A stretch of DNA of 32,000 bases from Telmatocola sphagniphila (GCF_018398935.1 NZ_CP074694.1:4470001-4502000); one strand, 5' to 3'; counted from the stretch's first letter, positions 8,863 to 18,962 are shown. Numbers and translations are program-made. The notes: generated by a model from the letters alone, not told the origin.

Positions 8863-9558
8863 TTACGACTTGACGCTATATCCAAAGAGACCCACGAGAC
8901 TGCCACCCCGCGTAAGACCTAATGCTAGTCGAGGTAGAACGCAACCAGTGATCTCTGTTCCTTCGGGATAATCTTTCCGAGGTAGCTCCCACAAATCACG
9001 ATCGTGGCCTATCCGCACAAAGCGCGTGTCCACAAATTCTGGACGATTTCGGAACCACTGGATCATTTCCCGCCAAGGAAGAAAGTACTCAGGATCCGAC
9101 TCCGATCCATCTTCTTCCACTTCAGACCACCACACTCCGGATTCGGCCAATGGCTCGACAGTGATCGTAACCGGCGGAAATAGAGTGTTACCAAATTTGG
9201 CTCGAACCAGCTCTTCAGTAATCTTCGATACAGACTCTCCAACGTTTGCTGCGATGAAGAACCCTCTGAACGGATCACTCGAAGAAGAACCCATTCCTAC
9301 ATCAGTCTCGTCCATAACTTTTTCGGCTTCCGCTGAGAGTTGGCGGCATAATGTCAACTCATCTGGGTCTACAGAATGGTGAATGGATTCGCTTCGTCGA
9401 GCAATTACACCGCTGCCATACACCACTGCCTGACGGGAGATGATGTTGTTTGGCCATTCAGCCTTAAGATCGCCAACATTATAGCTCTCCATGCACTCAC
9501 GAATAACTTCAAGCCTTTCAGGATCCGGGGTGAAGTGAGTTAGTGGTACTTTAGCCAT
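8863..9558 (-). CDS. Hypothetical acidic cytoplasmic protein (231 aa), no family recognised
   Basis: Long ORF with ATG start and coding-like composition. No signal peptide or TM segment and no recognisable motif. Lies in an AT-richer islet. Confidence 0.6.
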   Translation of the reverse strand: MAKVPLTHFTPDPERLEVIRECMESYNVGDLKAEWPNNIISRQAVVYGSGVIARRSESIHHSVDPDELTLCRQLSAEAEKVMDETDVGMGSSSSDPFRGFFIAANVGESVSKITEELVRAKFGNTLFPPVTITVEPLAESGVWWSEVEEDGSESDPEYFLPWREMIQWFRNRPEFVDTRFVRIGHDRDLWELPRKDYPEGTEITGCVLPRLALGLTRGGSLVGLFGYSVKS

Positions 9559-9890
9559 TCGTGCAATCTCCGCTGTCTATCGCCGATTAGTCAGGATTCA
9601 TTATGTCAGACGACGAACAATTGTAACTGATACTATCCCGATTGAGTGAACTAGTACTTTCAATATTCCAAACTCTATCCAGACAAACGCTGACATACAA
9701 ATGAAAATAGAGAATTCAGTCTCGTATATAGATCCACCTTGTGCGCGTCGGTCACACCGTCCGAAGCACCCAAACCGACCACCTCAGCCCAATCCCTTAA
9801 GCCGCAAGCCAGGCCTTTAATCCCTCTTCTCTTCGCCCACTCCCCCCGGATCGCCAACTCAGTTCGGGACGCTTTGTTATAGTCGGTTCC

Positions 9891-10268
9891 ATGAAACCCT
9901 GGTTCCTATTCAACGACTCCATCCCCGGCCTCTCCTTCACCGTAATTCCCTCGGGAACGGCAGTGACGGACGCCGATACACCCCTGCGCTCGGCCACCCT
10001 CGATCTGAAGGCGGGCGGGGTCAGTTGCAAATCGACGCAAACACTCAGCTCGCTGAATGGCAGCACTTTTTACGGCAAGTACCAGGAATCCGCTGACGGA
10101 GTCACCTGGACCGATCTGGCCGGTGCCGCCTTCACCTTCGTCATCACCAGCTCGAACATCCAGACCATTAACTTCACCAGCTCGAAGAGATACCTCCGCT
10201 ATTCGTGCGAGTTCGATGCAGGCGATTTTGCGTCCTGCACTCTGGGAGTGACTCTCAGCACCAACTAA
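9891..10268 (+). CDS. Hypothetical small beta-rich protein (125 aa)
   Basis: ATG start and strong GC bias at the third codon position through the ORF. Ser/Thr-rich beta-strand-like sequence (AFTFVITSSNIQTINFTSSKRYLRYSCEF). No family recognised. Confidence 0.6.
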   Translation: MKPWFLFNDSIPGLSFTVIPSGTAVTDADTPLRSATLDLKAGGVSCKSTQTLSSLNGSTFYGKYQESADGVTWTDLAGAAFTFVITSSNIQTINFTSSKRYLRYSCEFDAGDFASCTLGVTLSTN

Positions 10269-10465
10269 CCGGAGCCAATTCGTTCCGGAATCTCATTAGA
10301 AATTCTTTGTTTCTTGCGGCTTAAAGGAGTGCTTATGGTCCGGTCCGATCCAAATACTCGCGTCGGAATCGATCCCAAAAGTTGGATTGCGCGCTGGGGC
10401 TTCCCCTCTTTGCGAGCCTTTTTAGTAATTCCTTCTTTGGAATACCCCGGTTGCCAGCACCGCTC

Positions 10466-12712
10466 TTACGAGCCCTTGATTAGCACCCAGGTCCGGCCGT
10501 GGGCCGGGATGGTCGCGCGAATCGTGGCCGAGCCATCCGAGGCGATGGATACTTCCTGCTTTTTCCCATCGGCGAAATAAATCACGGCCTTTCCAGTTAA
10601 TCCCGTGTAATAGAGCGGCAGTTGGATGTTCCGAACCATTTCCGATTCAAGCGGATTGTAAAACATAGCGAGGCCGCGCTCTTCGGAATTCGGATTCACA
10701 TGCAGCCAGCCATCCCAATCCCGGCCATCCGCGCGCCTCAGGTGGATCAGATCCGAATCGAGAATCGTGCGATGGCTCCGGTAGAAATCGACCCAGCGCT
10801 TCACCACGGCCTTGGTTTCATCGGTATCGTAAAGGCGGGGTCCGCGATAGCAGGCCTGCACTCCGGCGCCGAACAGATTGGCCAAGCGAGATTCATAATG
10901 CGGCAGATGTTGGGAGAGCGGCTCGATTGTGGCGGCCGGGCCGCCGCCGTGATATTCGGTGAGTGGTACAAACATCCAGCCCATGCTCGAGGTTTTTTCC
11001 CAGGTGCCATCGTAGATATTCTGCCTTTCGATCACCTCTTGCCATTCGCGCGGCAGAGACCAGTTCGTTTCCCGGTAACCCATGCCGCATTTATTCGAAC
11101 CGGCGAGGTAATACCAGTCGGGCACGTTCAGATAAATTCCTTGAGATCGACACCACTGATAGAAATTGCGGATCTTCTCCCATTGCCGCCACTGCGAATC
11201 CTGCAGGCCCTTGTGACCGGGATGAGTAGTTGAGGCGCAGACATCGCCGGGGTAGGAGCCATCATGTTCCAGAACCGAACAACCTGTTTTCTCGTAAAAG
11301 TTGCGGAGCTGCTGAAAGTAATCTTCTCCCCACTGACTGCACAGACAGGGAGAATTCCCGAAGCGCATCCCACCGGGAGCATGGGTGGCCGGATTAATGC
11401 AGTCGTTTTCCTTGTTGATCGAACGGCTGGCCAGCAGCGAATAGCCTCCCAAAGCAATCCGTTTTTGGCCAGCATAGTCGGCCAGTTCCTTCATATTGGT
11501 GAGATATTTGGGATCGCGGGATTCGATATTGAAGCCGCTGCCGAAGGTCATGATGACCATTTCGAATCCGACCTGCGAACACTGATCCACGGCCAGTTTC
11601 ACCGATTTCGGATCGGCCGATCGGACATGCATCAGGATCGGGTTTTCGTTGACCCAAGGAGCCAACAGCCGATAAGCCCGTCGCGTGGCGAGCCCTCGCC
11701 GTTCCCGCTCGGAACTATCGTGAAGTAATTCGAACACGCGAAAGGATTCGAAGGATTTTCCCGCTTCAATATCAATGTCCGGCCCGTACGGTGGAGTGCA
11801 TTCCAGCAGACAGGGCGTCTGTTTGTCGTAGCTCACCTGCGTTTCATAGCTGGGATCGGCTTTCCATTGCACGGCCGGGTTGCTGATATGCTCGGCCATG
11901 CCACCCCCAAAGGCATAATCGCTGAAAACCTGGATTTTCCGCAGTGCGGAACGGAATTGAGCGGCGTTCGAATCGACCATAGATTCTTCTTCCGCTACCG
12001 CCAATTGCTCTACCGAAAAGCGATTGAGGTGAATCGGTTTGTCTGAACGGTTCCGGATAGTCAGCCACTTCGAAAAGAGCGGGATCCCATCATAAAGCTC
12101 GTAGTGAACTTGAACAGTTATCCCGGGCTGCCGTTCCTCCGACTGATAGTCGAAAGTTAGGCGAACCCCTGGCGGAGGCCAATTGACCAGCTGACTGATC
12201 CATTCCTTGTGCGGCTTCCAGGGAAATCGTTCTTGCGTTTTATCGAGAGTGTATCCGACGCACTTCCACGAGGTCGGATCGGCCGGCATGTTTTTCAGCA
12301 TCTCCGGCAACAAGAAGTTGTGGACCTTCTGCCCGATAAGGCCGCCGAGGGGAATTCTTTTGCCGTCGATTTCCAGAAGCGCTTCTGGTCGGATGCTGCG
12401 AAGGAAAGATTGCCCAGTCCCCAGGTGGTCGAGACCAATGGTGGTGGCATTGGGTCGAAGCAGGAAAGTTCGTCGTACAATCCCGTTATCGAGAATCAAT
12501 TCGCTCTCCGAGGCGCCACGGAGGACTTTTGCCTTGGCAAAGGAATTGTCGATGAGCCAGTCGAGTTTAGGTTGCGATGCGCCGAGGGTTGCGGCCGCAG
12601 GAAGTCCCTGAGTACTCAAGGTGGGTGTGACCGGCTGAGCCGATGCGATCGAGGAAAAGACGATCCCTAGCAAATTCAGTGCAAGAAGGAATGGGCCGAA
12701 GGAGCTTGGCAT
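10466..12712 (-). CDS. Secreted 748-aa protein, putative glycoside hydrolase (TIM-barrel, alpha-galactosidase-like)
   Basis: Signal peptide MPSSFGPFLLALNLLGIVFSSIASAQP. The central region GFEMVIMTFGSGFNIES...ALGGYSLLASRSI...LEHDGSYPGD...PLTEYHGGG resembles carbohydrate-active TIM-barrel enzymes. The functional call is tentative; coding status is secure. Confidence 0.6.
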   Translation of the reverse strand: MPSSFGPFLLALNLLGIVFSSIASAQPVTPTLSTQGLPAAATLGASQPKLDWLIDNSFAKAKVLRGASESELILDNGIVRRTFLLRPNATTIGLDHLGTGQSFLRSIRPEALLEIDGKRIPLGGLIGQKVHNFLLPEMLKNMPADPTSWKCVGYTLDKTQERFPWKPHKEWISQLVNWPPPGVRLTFDYQSEERQPGITVQVHYELYDGIPLFSKWLTIRNRSDKPIHLNRFSVEQLAVAEEESMVDSNAAQFRSALRKIQVFSDYAFGGGMAEHISNPAVQWKADPSYETQVSYDKQTPCLLECTPPYGPDIDIEAGKSFESFRVFELLHDSSERERRGLATRRAYRLLAPWVNENPILMHVRSADPKSVKLAVDQCSQVGFEMVIMTFGSGFNIESRDPKYLTNMKELADYAGQKRIALGGYSLLASRSINKENDCINPATHAPGGMRFGNSPCLCSQWGEDYFQQLRNFYEKTGCSVLEHDGSYPGDVCASTTHPGHKGLQDSQWRQWEKIRNFYQWCRSQGIYLNVPDWYYLAGSNKCGMGYRETNWSLPREWQEVIERQNIYDGTWEKTSSMGWMFVPLTEYHGGGPAATIEPLSQHLPHYESRLANLFGAGVQACYRGPRLYDTDETKAVVKRWVDFYRSHRTILDSDLIHLRRADGRDWDGWLHVNPNSEERGLAMFYNPLESEMVRNIQLPLYYTGLTGKAVIYFADGKKQEVSIASDGSATIRATIPAHGRTWVLIKGS

Positions 12713-12929
12713 GCATATTCTCGAATGGGAAGTTCGGCGGAGACAGCTCGCAGATAGCGAAGGACTGTAATCGAAGTTTACGCGACGACTTGGGCGGTGG
12801 CTCTGGAATCTTTAGACCTCGTTCTGATTGAGGATCACTACGCAGTCAACGAAATGTCACCGCGTGACCCTCTCGTTACATCGCACTACGATGAGAGCAC
12901 TTTGATACGAGGAAAATATTACTATCCGA

Positions 12930-13439
12930 ATGTTAAAACTCGCTCGAAACAGACCGCGTTTTTCCAGAGGCTTGTGCGCGGCGGCCTGCGGGGCAATCGG
13001 TACCGTCGCACTGGCGGCTTTGCTCTGGTCGGGATACCTGGTCATCCGCTGGGCAACTATCGGAGCTTCCGAATTTGATCGCGGTTACGATTTACAAGAG
13101 TTTCGAGAGTATTTTCCGTTCGTGGCACTCGCTTGTTCGACCTTGGGTGCCTGCTCGGGCTGGGCCGTTTATGCTCCGGTTCGCCGGTCAAATTTAGCCC
13201 GGACTTTGATCTGGATTTTTGGAGGTAGCGGAGCGGTCTGGGGCGTTACAGGTTTTCTGGGATTGATACCGAGGCGATCCAAGGATGAAAGTTTTGACGC
13301 ATTTCATCTCGTGGAAGTGCTGTTAGTAATCCTTCCGCCGATAGCCCTCGCGATTCTGCTAACTGTGTGGCGCACTCGACAGAGTAGCTCGCAGACTAAT
13401 GAGGAATTGCAATGTAATAGTGGGGCTCCGAGGGAATAA
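12930..13439 (+). CDS. Hypothetical integral membrane protein (about 4 TM helices)
   Basis: Hydrophobic segments GAIGTVALAALLWSGYLVI, FVALACSTLGACSGWAVYA, LIWIFGGSGAVWGVTGFLGLI and VLLVILPPIALAILLTVW. Confidence 0.6.
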   Translation: MLKLARNRPRFSRGLCAAACGAIGTVALAALLWSGYLVIRWATIGASEFDRGYDLQEFREYFPFVALACSTLGACSGWAVYAPVRRSNLARTLIWIFGGSGAVWGVTGFLGLIPRRSKDESFDAFHLVEVLLVILPPIALAILLTVWRTRQSSSQTNEELQCNSGAPRE

Positions 13440-13842
13440 AAATCATCGAAGTTCTGTAGTTCTTGGCGCACCTCGTGTTGTTTTGGTTAAGAAACTTTGA
13501 AATAACAGGAACCCCAGAGCCTGCCGAGAGGATGGAGGAGGTGGACTTCCCCACGGAAACGGACACCGAGTTAAGCTGATAAGCTAACTGGGGAGGTTCA
13601 GGCTTCTCATTGCCCAGAAATCTCAAGAGTTTGATTATTTTTGACTTCCATAAGGTTGAGGCTACTATTGTGCGGCGATGTCACCTGGGACAAATTCTTT
13701 TGCATCGCCTGGACCCGCAAAACAGACAAGTCCCGGAAAAATAAGCGTTCTCCCTACATATCCAAGTCGTTTATCGAGATAAGATGGCATGAGTTACCAA
13801 TACAGTTACTCAGCCGATTGGTCCGAAAAGGAATCGCCAACC

Positions 13843-14232
13843 ATGAATGACCCTCAGATCCCACTAGAAACGGAAAAACTGCCTGTTTCTCCGAGGATTT
13901 CTATCCCGGGTCGATTGATCCTCGGTTTGATTTTTGCAATCGGCGTGGCCTTCAGCATTTATGCGGGCATCTGGATCGGTATGGTCACAGGGCTCACAAC
14001 CTACGAGCAGGTGGAACCCGCACCCAAAGGTATCGGCTTGGCTCCCGATCTATCGGAATTAGTGAATATCGTACTCGGCATCGGTTTTGGCGGCATTATC
14101 GGTGGCTTAGTCGGTCTGATTTTGGGACTTATCGTCATGTGGGCGATTACTAGACATTTGCTTCGTCCGTTATTCGCAAAAAAAATGGATTCTAAAAGGG
14201 CAACTCAACGCATCGCGCCCACTCCCGGTTAA
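13843..14232 (+). CDS. Hypothetical small membrane protein (2 TM helices, Gly-rich)
   Basis: MNDPQIPLETEKLPV... followed by LILGLIFAIGVAFSIYAGIWIGMV and VLGIGFGGIIGGLVGLILGLIVMWAI. The track ORF starts earlier, at 13789. Confidence 0.55.
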   Translation: MNDPQIPLETEKLPVSPRISIPGRLILGLIFAIGVAFSIYAGIWIGMVTGLTTYEQVEPAPKGIGLAPDLSELVNIVLGIGFGGIIGGLVGLILGLIVMWAITRHLLRPLFAKKMDSKRATQRIAPTPG

Positions 14233-14664
14233 AACTGACTGAAATCCTAGAGGCTTGCTTAGAGATCCATCGTTGATCGAGTTTGCGGGAAGCGCCCATT
14301 AAAATCTTCTACTCTTTGCGGACTGCTTCTAAGTAGTCGACCTCTGTCGCCTCCACCAGCGGCAGGGCCAAATTCACCTAGATATCCCACGAATTTTTAG
14401 TGTGAGGCGTTCGAAGCTCCTTGCGTCGACTATTTCGTCAGTGCAAAAAAGGACTTTAAAAATATCCACGAACTAAACTGACTCACCATCCTCTGAAAGA
14501 GATAAAAAACTACCCGCCTCTCTCTCCATTCTTTTTTTGTGTACTAAATAGCGATAGATAGGAGTTCTCTCTGATTCATTCGGAATAGCCCAAATGGGAC
14601 CTCATTTCTGAAATCCCAAATACGGAATAACACAGGATCTGTTTGGCTCTGTTAGGAACAATCG

Positions 14665-15837
14665 ATGATCTCAGCCCGTGCCTACCCCTATTTGCTTTTA
14701 CCGTTGCTATTCGTCGGAGCGGGCTGCGACTCGAGCCTCGGGTCTGCGAACACTGCCCCATTGAAAAACAATTCCACCGATGCGACCGCACAAAAAGTAA
14801 GCAAGCCAGTCGCTCCTTTTAAACTGGCTGTGCCTCCCGAATTGCCGGGTGCCGTGAACGGTTACATCTTGCGAAGTATGGAGACGGATCTGCTCATTGC
14901 CACGGCCAAATTCGCCGCCGAGAAAGGAAAATATGAATTAGCGGCCATCGCCCAATACTGGTATGTTCGGAAAACCCAGAAGGGCCAATATGCTATGGCC
15001 TGCTATCTAGCCATTACAAAACAAATCGAGCCTGCCTTTTACTGGCTACAAAAAGCGGCGATCGAGGAAGGGGTGGACGCTAAGCATGCGGAACGCGATG
15101 AAGATCTCGAAACTCTTCGGGAGGATGTGCGTTGGAATCAGGTGCTGAGTTACATCCAGGAATGTAACAACTACTTCGAAAAGGCCGATAGTTTCAAAAC
15201 GATATTGTTACTTCCGCGAGGTTATACCAAGTCGGTAGCTATCCCCGCAGTCATCTGGATGCACGGACTGGATTCGAGTCCGAGCGATCTTCTCACTGAA
15301 GCATTCCAAAAATATGCGGATCAGCTTAATGTGGCGTTGATCGGGATCAGCGGCACCAAGCCACGCGGTCCCAATACGTTCGCCTGGGCGGAAGATATAG
15401 ACAAGGATTCCGACCGTATTCGAGAGGCTCTGGCCGTAGCTAGCGATCAGGTGACAATTGAGAAAGGCAAGATCATCACTTTGGGCTTTTCTCAAGGTGG
15501 GCAGGTCGGGTTGGAACTCGCCGCACGCTATCCCGAGGAGTTCGCCGGATCGATTGTGTTATCTCCCAGGGCGGCTTCGCACCTGCAATCGATCCAAGTA
15601 TCGCCGTTACTAGCTTCACGCCGTTTTGTCATATCGTGCGGCGCCTTGGAAAACCGGGAAAACCTTTCGCTGGTGAAGAAGGATAACGAGTGGCTAGTGA
15701 ACGCCAAGGCCGAGGTCCTGTACAAACTCTATCCGCGCGTCTCGACTCATGCTTTACCAGCCGACTTCCTCGAACGATTTCCGGAGTGGGTGATTTTTAT
15801 TCTCAATAGAAAACGGTCTCGGGAGTTTAAAGCCTGA
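14665..15837 (+). CDS. Alpha/beta-hydrolase (carboxylesterase/phospholipase-type) with lipoprotein-like signal and N-terminal helical domain
   Basis: N-terminus YLLLPLLFVGAGCDSS is a lipobox-like signal. Nucleophile elbow GFSQGG (G-x-S-x-G). IWMHGLDSS precedes it, as in the esterase/dienelactone-hydrolase fold. Confidence 0.75.
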   Translation: MISARAYPYLLLPLLFVGAGCDSSLGSANTAPLKNNSTDATAQKVSKPVAPFKLAVPPELPGAVNGYILRSMETDLLIATAKFAAEKGKYELAAIAQYWYVRKTQKGQYAMACYLAITKQIEPAFYWLQKAAIEEGVDAKHAERDEDLETLREDVRWNQVLSYIQECNNYFEKADSFKTILLLPRGYTKSVAIPAVIWMHGLDSSPSDLLTEAFQKYADQLNVALIGISGTKPRGPNTFAWAEDIDKDSDRIREALAVASDQVTIEKGKIITLGFSQGGQVGLELAARYPEEFAGSIVLSPRAASHLQSIQVSPLLASRRFVISCGALENRENLSLVKKDNEWLVNAKAEVLYKLYPRVSTHALPADFLERFPEWVIFILNRKRSREFKA

Positions 15838-15929
15838 AGCTCCCGGCGGCTTTTTTCGACCGTCGAAGTTTTCCGCAGGACTCCACGTTCAAAAGTCTCG
15901 AAACCATCTTCGGTCTCGATGTTTTCGAG

Positions 15930-18900
15930 TTACTGCAATTGAGGTATGAGCGATTGATACTCACTCGTTTTGGGCGCCCGTTGGAGGCTGGCCCGGAACG
16001 CGGCAAACAGCCAATCGACGATATTACTGCTGTGCATCTGGAAGTACTCGTTGGAACTGACGAAACCCGCAATCACCTGCTCATTGGTCGTACCGTGCAG
16101 GAAATCGTTGATCCACATGTTGATCTCGGCCTGACTCGGTGATCGACCCAAATAAGTCTGATAGTCGGCCACAATTCGCTGCGACTCTCGTTCCTGGCTA
16201 GCAGCGAACCCGTATGCAATCTGAGTCGTGGAGACCCCGGCGTTCAGCTGATTTACCCAACCTTGCACCTCGCTGGCGGAAGGAGATCGACCCAGCAGAT
16301 CGACATACATTCCCTTGATCCAACCCGCACCGGCGCCGCCGTGATTTGCGATATATTCGGGGGAGCCTATAAAATTCGCTTCCAGTTGCTCATCCGTCAG
16401 TCCATGCTGCATCTGGCTAATCCAGTTGGCTAGACCCGATTTATCGGGAGAGCGGCCGAGATATTTCTGGTAAGCGGCTGTGATAAAGTTGGAGTAATAC
16501 TCCGCGCTCTGCACCAGACCCAGCTCGACCAGATTTCGGGAAGTACTTCCCCTTCCTTGGATCGTCGAGCTTGCGCCAACATTGACAGTAAAAGAGGCAG
16601 TACTCGATAGAGAAGTGTTATTCGTAAGCGCCGCCGTGACGGTCACGGTGAAAGAACCCGGCTCAATGCCGTTCCATTCGGAGGGTTGCCAGGTGAACAG
16701 CCCGGTCTGCGGATTGATGTTTGCGCCGGCCGGAGCATTGGCGCCCAGGCCGTAGGTAATGGGTGGATTAGCCGTGGCGGATGCGGTTACGGTCAGCGAG
16801 AGTGTCGATCCATCCGCCACATTCTGAGTTACAATCGGATTGATCGTGGGAGTTTGATTGCCATTCGATCCCGAGGTAACCGTAATCGTCGGTTTTGAGT
16901 TGAGAATCACTCCGCTAACCGTGAGGGCGAGCGTGCTGGCCGTGCCGATAGTACCACCGGTGAATTGAACCGAGTAGGTACCACGCGTCGAACTTTCGCT
17001 AACCGTTCCAAACGTTCCGTCGCTGGTTCCTCCCGAGAGGCTGAAACCAAACGCACTATTGAGTAGGCCAGTTATCGCATTGCCGGCCGCATCTTTTACG
17101 ACGATGGTCAGCAGATCGGTATTTCCAGTAGTGACACTGGAAGCGGCGAAGCTGTCACTTGAATTGCTGGCGCTGACTGGACCAGGATTCACCGTAACAC
17201 TTGGCTTGGTCGAAAGCACAACGCCGTTGACGGAAACTTGAAGGTTGCTGGCTGTGCCCGCCGTAGTGCCGGTTAAAACTACCGTGTAGACGCCGGCCGT
17301 GGAAGTGGCCGAGACCGTTCCGAAAGTTCCGGCACTGGTACCACCAGACATACTGAAACTGAAGGCACTGTTGCTGAGGCCGGAGATAGGATTGTTCGAA
17401 GTATCCTTAACAGTGATGGTCACCAGGTCGGTGCTGCCAGATGCCAGATTGGAGGCGGCCAGACTTACCAGCGAATTCGTACTGCTCACGGTGGGTGAGC
17501 TGGAGGAAAATGTGAATTGATCGGCACTCGAAAGCGCCGAGGTACCGTAACCGAAGATCGGATTGTTCACATTATCGCTGGGATTATTCGGGTCGGTTTC
17601 CTTGACCCCCGATTGGACCGTTACGTTCACGCTACCGCTTCCCGCGGGAACGACGACTGCGATATGCGAATCGTCGACCAACGTAACCGAAGTGGCGGCC
17701 GTGCTGCCAAAGAATACAGCGAGATGTCCCGCTGAGCCGGAAAAATTCTGTCCGGTAATCGTCAGGGTATTACCCGCCGAGCCACTGGTGGAACTCAGTC
17801 CGCTAACGACCGGCGTCAAATTCACGACATCGAAATCACTGGCTTTCAAAGCGCTCAGGCCGAGCACATCATTCATATTCCAGGTTAACGAAATCGCGTT
17901 ATTGGCGTTAACTGCTGCAGAAGAACCACTGACGTACATTGCACTGCCGATATCTGCGAGGACCAGCCCATACTGCTGCAGGGCATGTGCAATGATCTGA
18001 GCCTCGGGACCGAGCGTGCTGATAATCGCATTCACGGCAGGTGTATTCTGGAGTCGCAGCCGGGATCCTAAAGGCAGCTTGGTGGAACCAGTGGAAGTAC
18101 TGACCATGTGCGAGGCGGGATAAATATACTGTGGCGCAACATCTCCGGAGGGTAGTGTAAAGCGGAGTGCATGATCGATTGCTCCCTGGCCACCTTGCGA
18201 AACAGGTAATCCTTCATCGGGCCGAGCTAGACCGGCAAGAATCGACAACCCGGCCGCATCTGCCGAGGTATCTCCGAGCTGACGGAAGGTGTTGGTGTTC
18301 ATGTTCCAGACAGTTTCCTGAGCCGCGTGCCACTGATTATCGGAGTGCGGTAATTCCGTGCCGCTGGTGTTGGGGAACAAAGTTGCGTCGGAGGGCCGGG
18401 TCACGCCGTAGAGTTCGTAAGCGATGTTATTGTCTTCATCCCAGATGATTAAGTGCGAATCGCCGCGCTGCCCGGTGTTGTAGCCGCCGCCTGCAGTGTT
18501 GGGCCCGTTCTGGAAGTCGCCTTCCAGGACTGCGTTAGCCGGTATCGGCACGGGGAGAATATCGCTTTCCCCCGGATAGTTGTCGATAATTACGTTGATT
18601 TTTGCAGTTGTGTTCCCGTGCACCACATTTAACGGAATTCCATAAAGGGGGCTGGCGCCGTTGCTGGAGCTATCCTGTCCCCAATCGGGGTGAATGCCGA
18701 TATTCGTGCCGATGTGCGAAATGATGGCTGCGGAATTGGCGGCGACCGGAGCGTTGCTGATATTCTGGTTCCACGGATAGTCGGTCGGAAACAATTGCTG
18801 GCCGAGCAGCGTGGGGACGATTCTTCCTTCCAATTCTTCGAAGGTCAGGCCGCGCTTTTTGGATTGGAGTTTCGTTTGATCCCAATTCAGCCAATCGAAG

Positions 18901-18962
18901 GCCGTTGCTCGTCGGAAGCCTGTCCTTTTCGAGAGTTCAAGGATGCGTGAGAGTCCCAGCAT
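15930..18962 (-). CDS. 1010-aa multidomain cell-surface protein: uncharacterised N-terminal domain, IPT/TIG, two Big-like repeats, putative Ig/cadherin-like domain and three DUF4214 repeats
   Basis: IPT/TIG-like GNTLTITGQNFSGS...VVVPAGSGSVNVTVQS (about 17607-17816). Tandem ~100-aa repeats follow. He_PIG/cadherin-like INPQTGLFTWQPS. C-terminal repeats YQKYLGRSPDKSGLANWISQM, YVDLLGRSPSASEVQGWVNQL and YQTYLGRSPSQAEINMWINDF are DUF4214-like. Confidence 0.85.
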   Translation of the reverse strand: MLGLSRILELSKRTGFRRATAFDWLNWDQTKLQSKKRGLTFEELEGRIVPTLLGQQLFPTDYPWNQNISNAPVAANSAAIISHIGTNIGIHPDWGQDSSSNGASPLYGIPLNVVHGNTTAKINVIIDNYPGESDILPVPIPANAVLEGDFQNGPNTAGGGYNTGQRGDSHLIIWDEDNNIAYELYGVTRPSDATLFPNTSGTELPHSDNQWHAAQETVWNMNTNTFRQLGDTSADAAGLSILAGLARPDEGLPVSQGGQGAIDHALRFTLPSGDVAPQYIYPASHMVSTSTGSTKLPLGSRLRLQNTPAVNAIISTLGPEAQIIAHALQQYGLVLADIGSAMYVSGSSAAVNANNAISLTWNMNDVLGLSALKASDFDVVNLTPVVSGLSSTSGSAGNTLTITGQNFSGSAGHLAVFFGSTAATSVTLVDDSHIAVVVPAGSGSVNVTVQSGVKETDPNNPSDNVNNPIFGYGTSALSSADQFTFSSSSPTVSSTNSLVSLAASNLASGSTDLVTITVKDTSNNPISGLSNSAFSFSMSGGTSAGTFGTVSATSTAGVYTVVLTGTTAGTASNLQVSVNGVVLSTKPSVTVNPGPVSASNSSDSFAASSVTTGNTDLLTIVVKDAAGNAITGLLNSAFGFSLSGGTSDGTFGTVSESSTRGTYSVQFTGGTIGTASTLALTVSGVILNSKPTITVTSGSNGNQTPTINPIVTQNVADGSTLSLTVTASATANPPITYGLGANAPAGANINPQTGLFTWQPSEWNGIEPGSFTVTVTAALTNNTSLSSTASFTVNVGASSTIQGRGSTSRNLVELGLVQSAEYYSNFITAAYQKYLGRSPDKSGLANWISQMQHGLTDEQLEANFIGSPEYIANHGGAGAGWIKGMYVDLLGRSPSASEVQGWVNQLNAGVSTTQIAYGFAASQERESQRIVADYQTYLGRSPSQAEINMWINDFLHGTTNEQVIAGFVSSNEYFQMHSSNIVDWLFAAFRASLQRAPKTSEYQSLIPQLQ
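16872..17504 (-). repeat. Tandem duplication of a ~100-codon Ig-like (Big_1/invasin-like) module inside the 1010-aa gene
   Basis: aa 487-594 (..GSTDLVTITVKDTSNNPISGLSNSAFSFSMSGGTSAGTFGTVSATSTAGVYTVVLTG..) and aa 595-697 (..GNTDLLTIVVKDAAGNAITGLLNSAFGFSLSGGTSDGTFGTVSESSTRGTYSVQFTG..) align colinearly. The DNA has diverged. Confidence 0.8.

Noticed and set aside
10605-10613. A third copy of the ArsR operator half-site (GTGTAATAG)
   Set aside because: It lies inside the hydrolase coding region and lacks the partner TATTACAC half-site at the required spacing.
14232-14492. Direct repeats in the long intergenic region (AAACTGACT at 14232 and 14475; ATATCC(C)ACGAA at 14382 and 14462) as att sites or operator arrays
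   Set aside because: Only 9-11 nt match, with indels, in AT-rich DNA. This is within what chance can produce and has no supporting context such as an integrase or tRNA.
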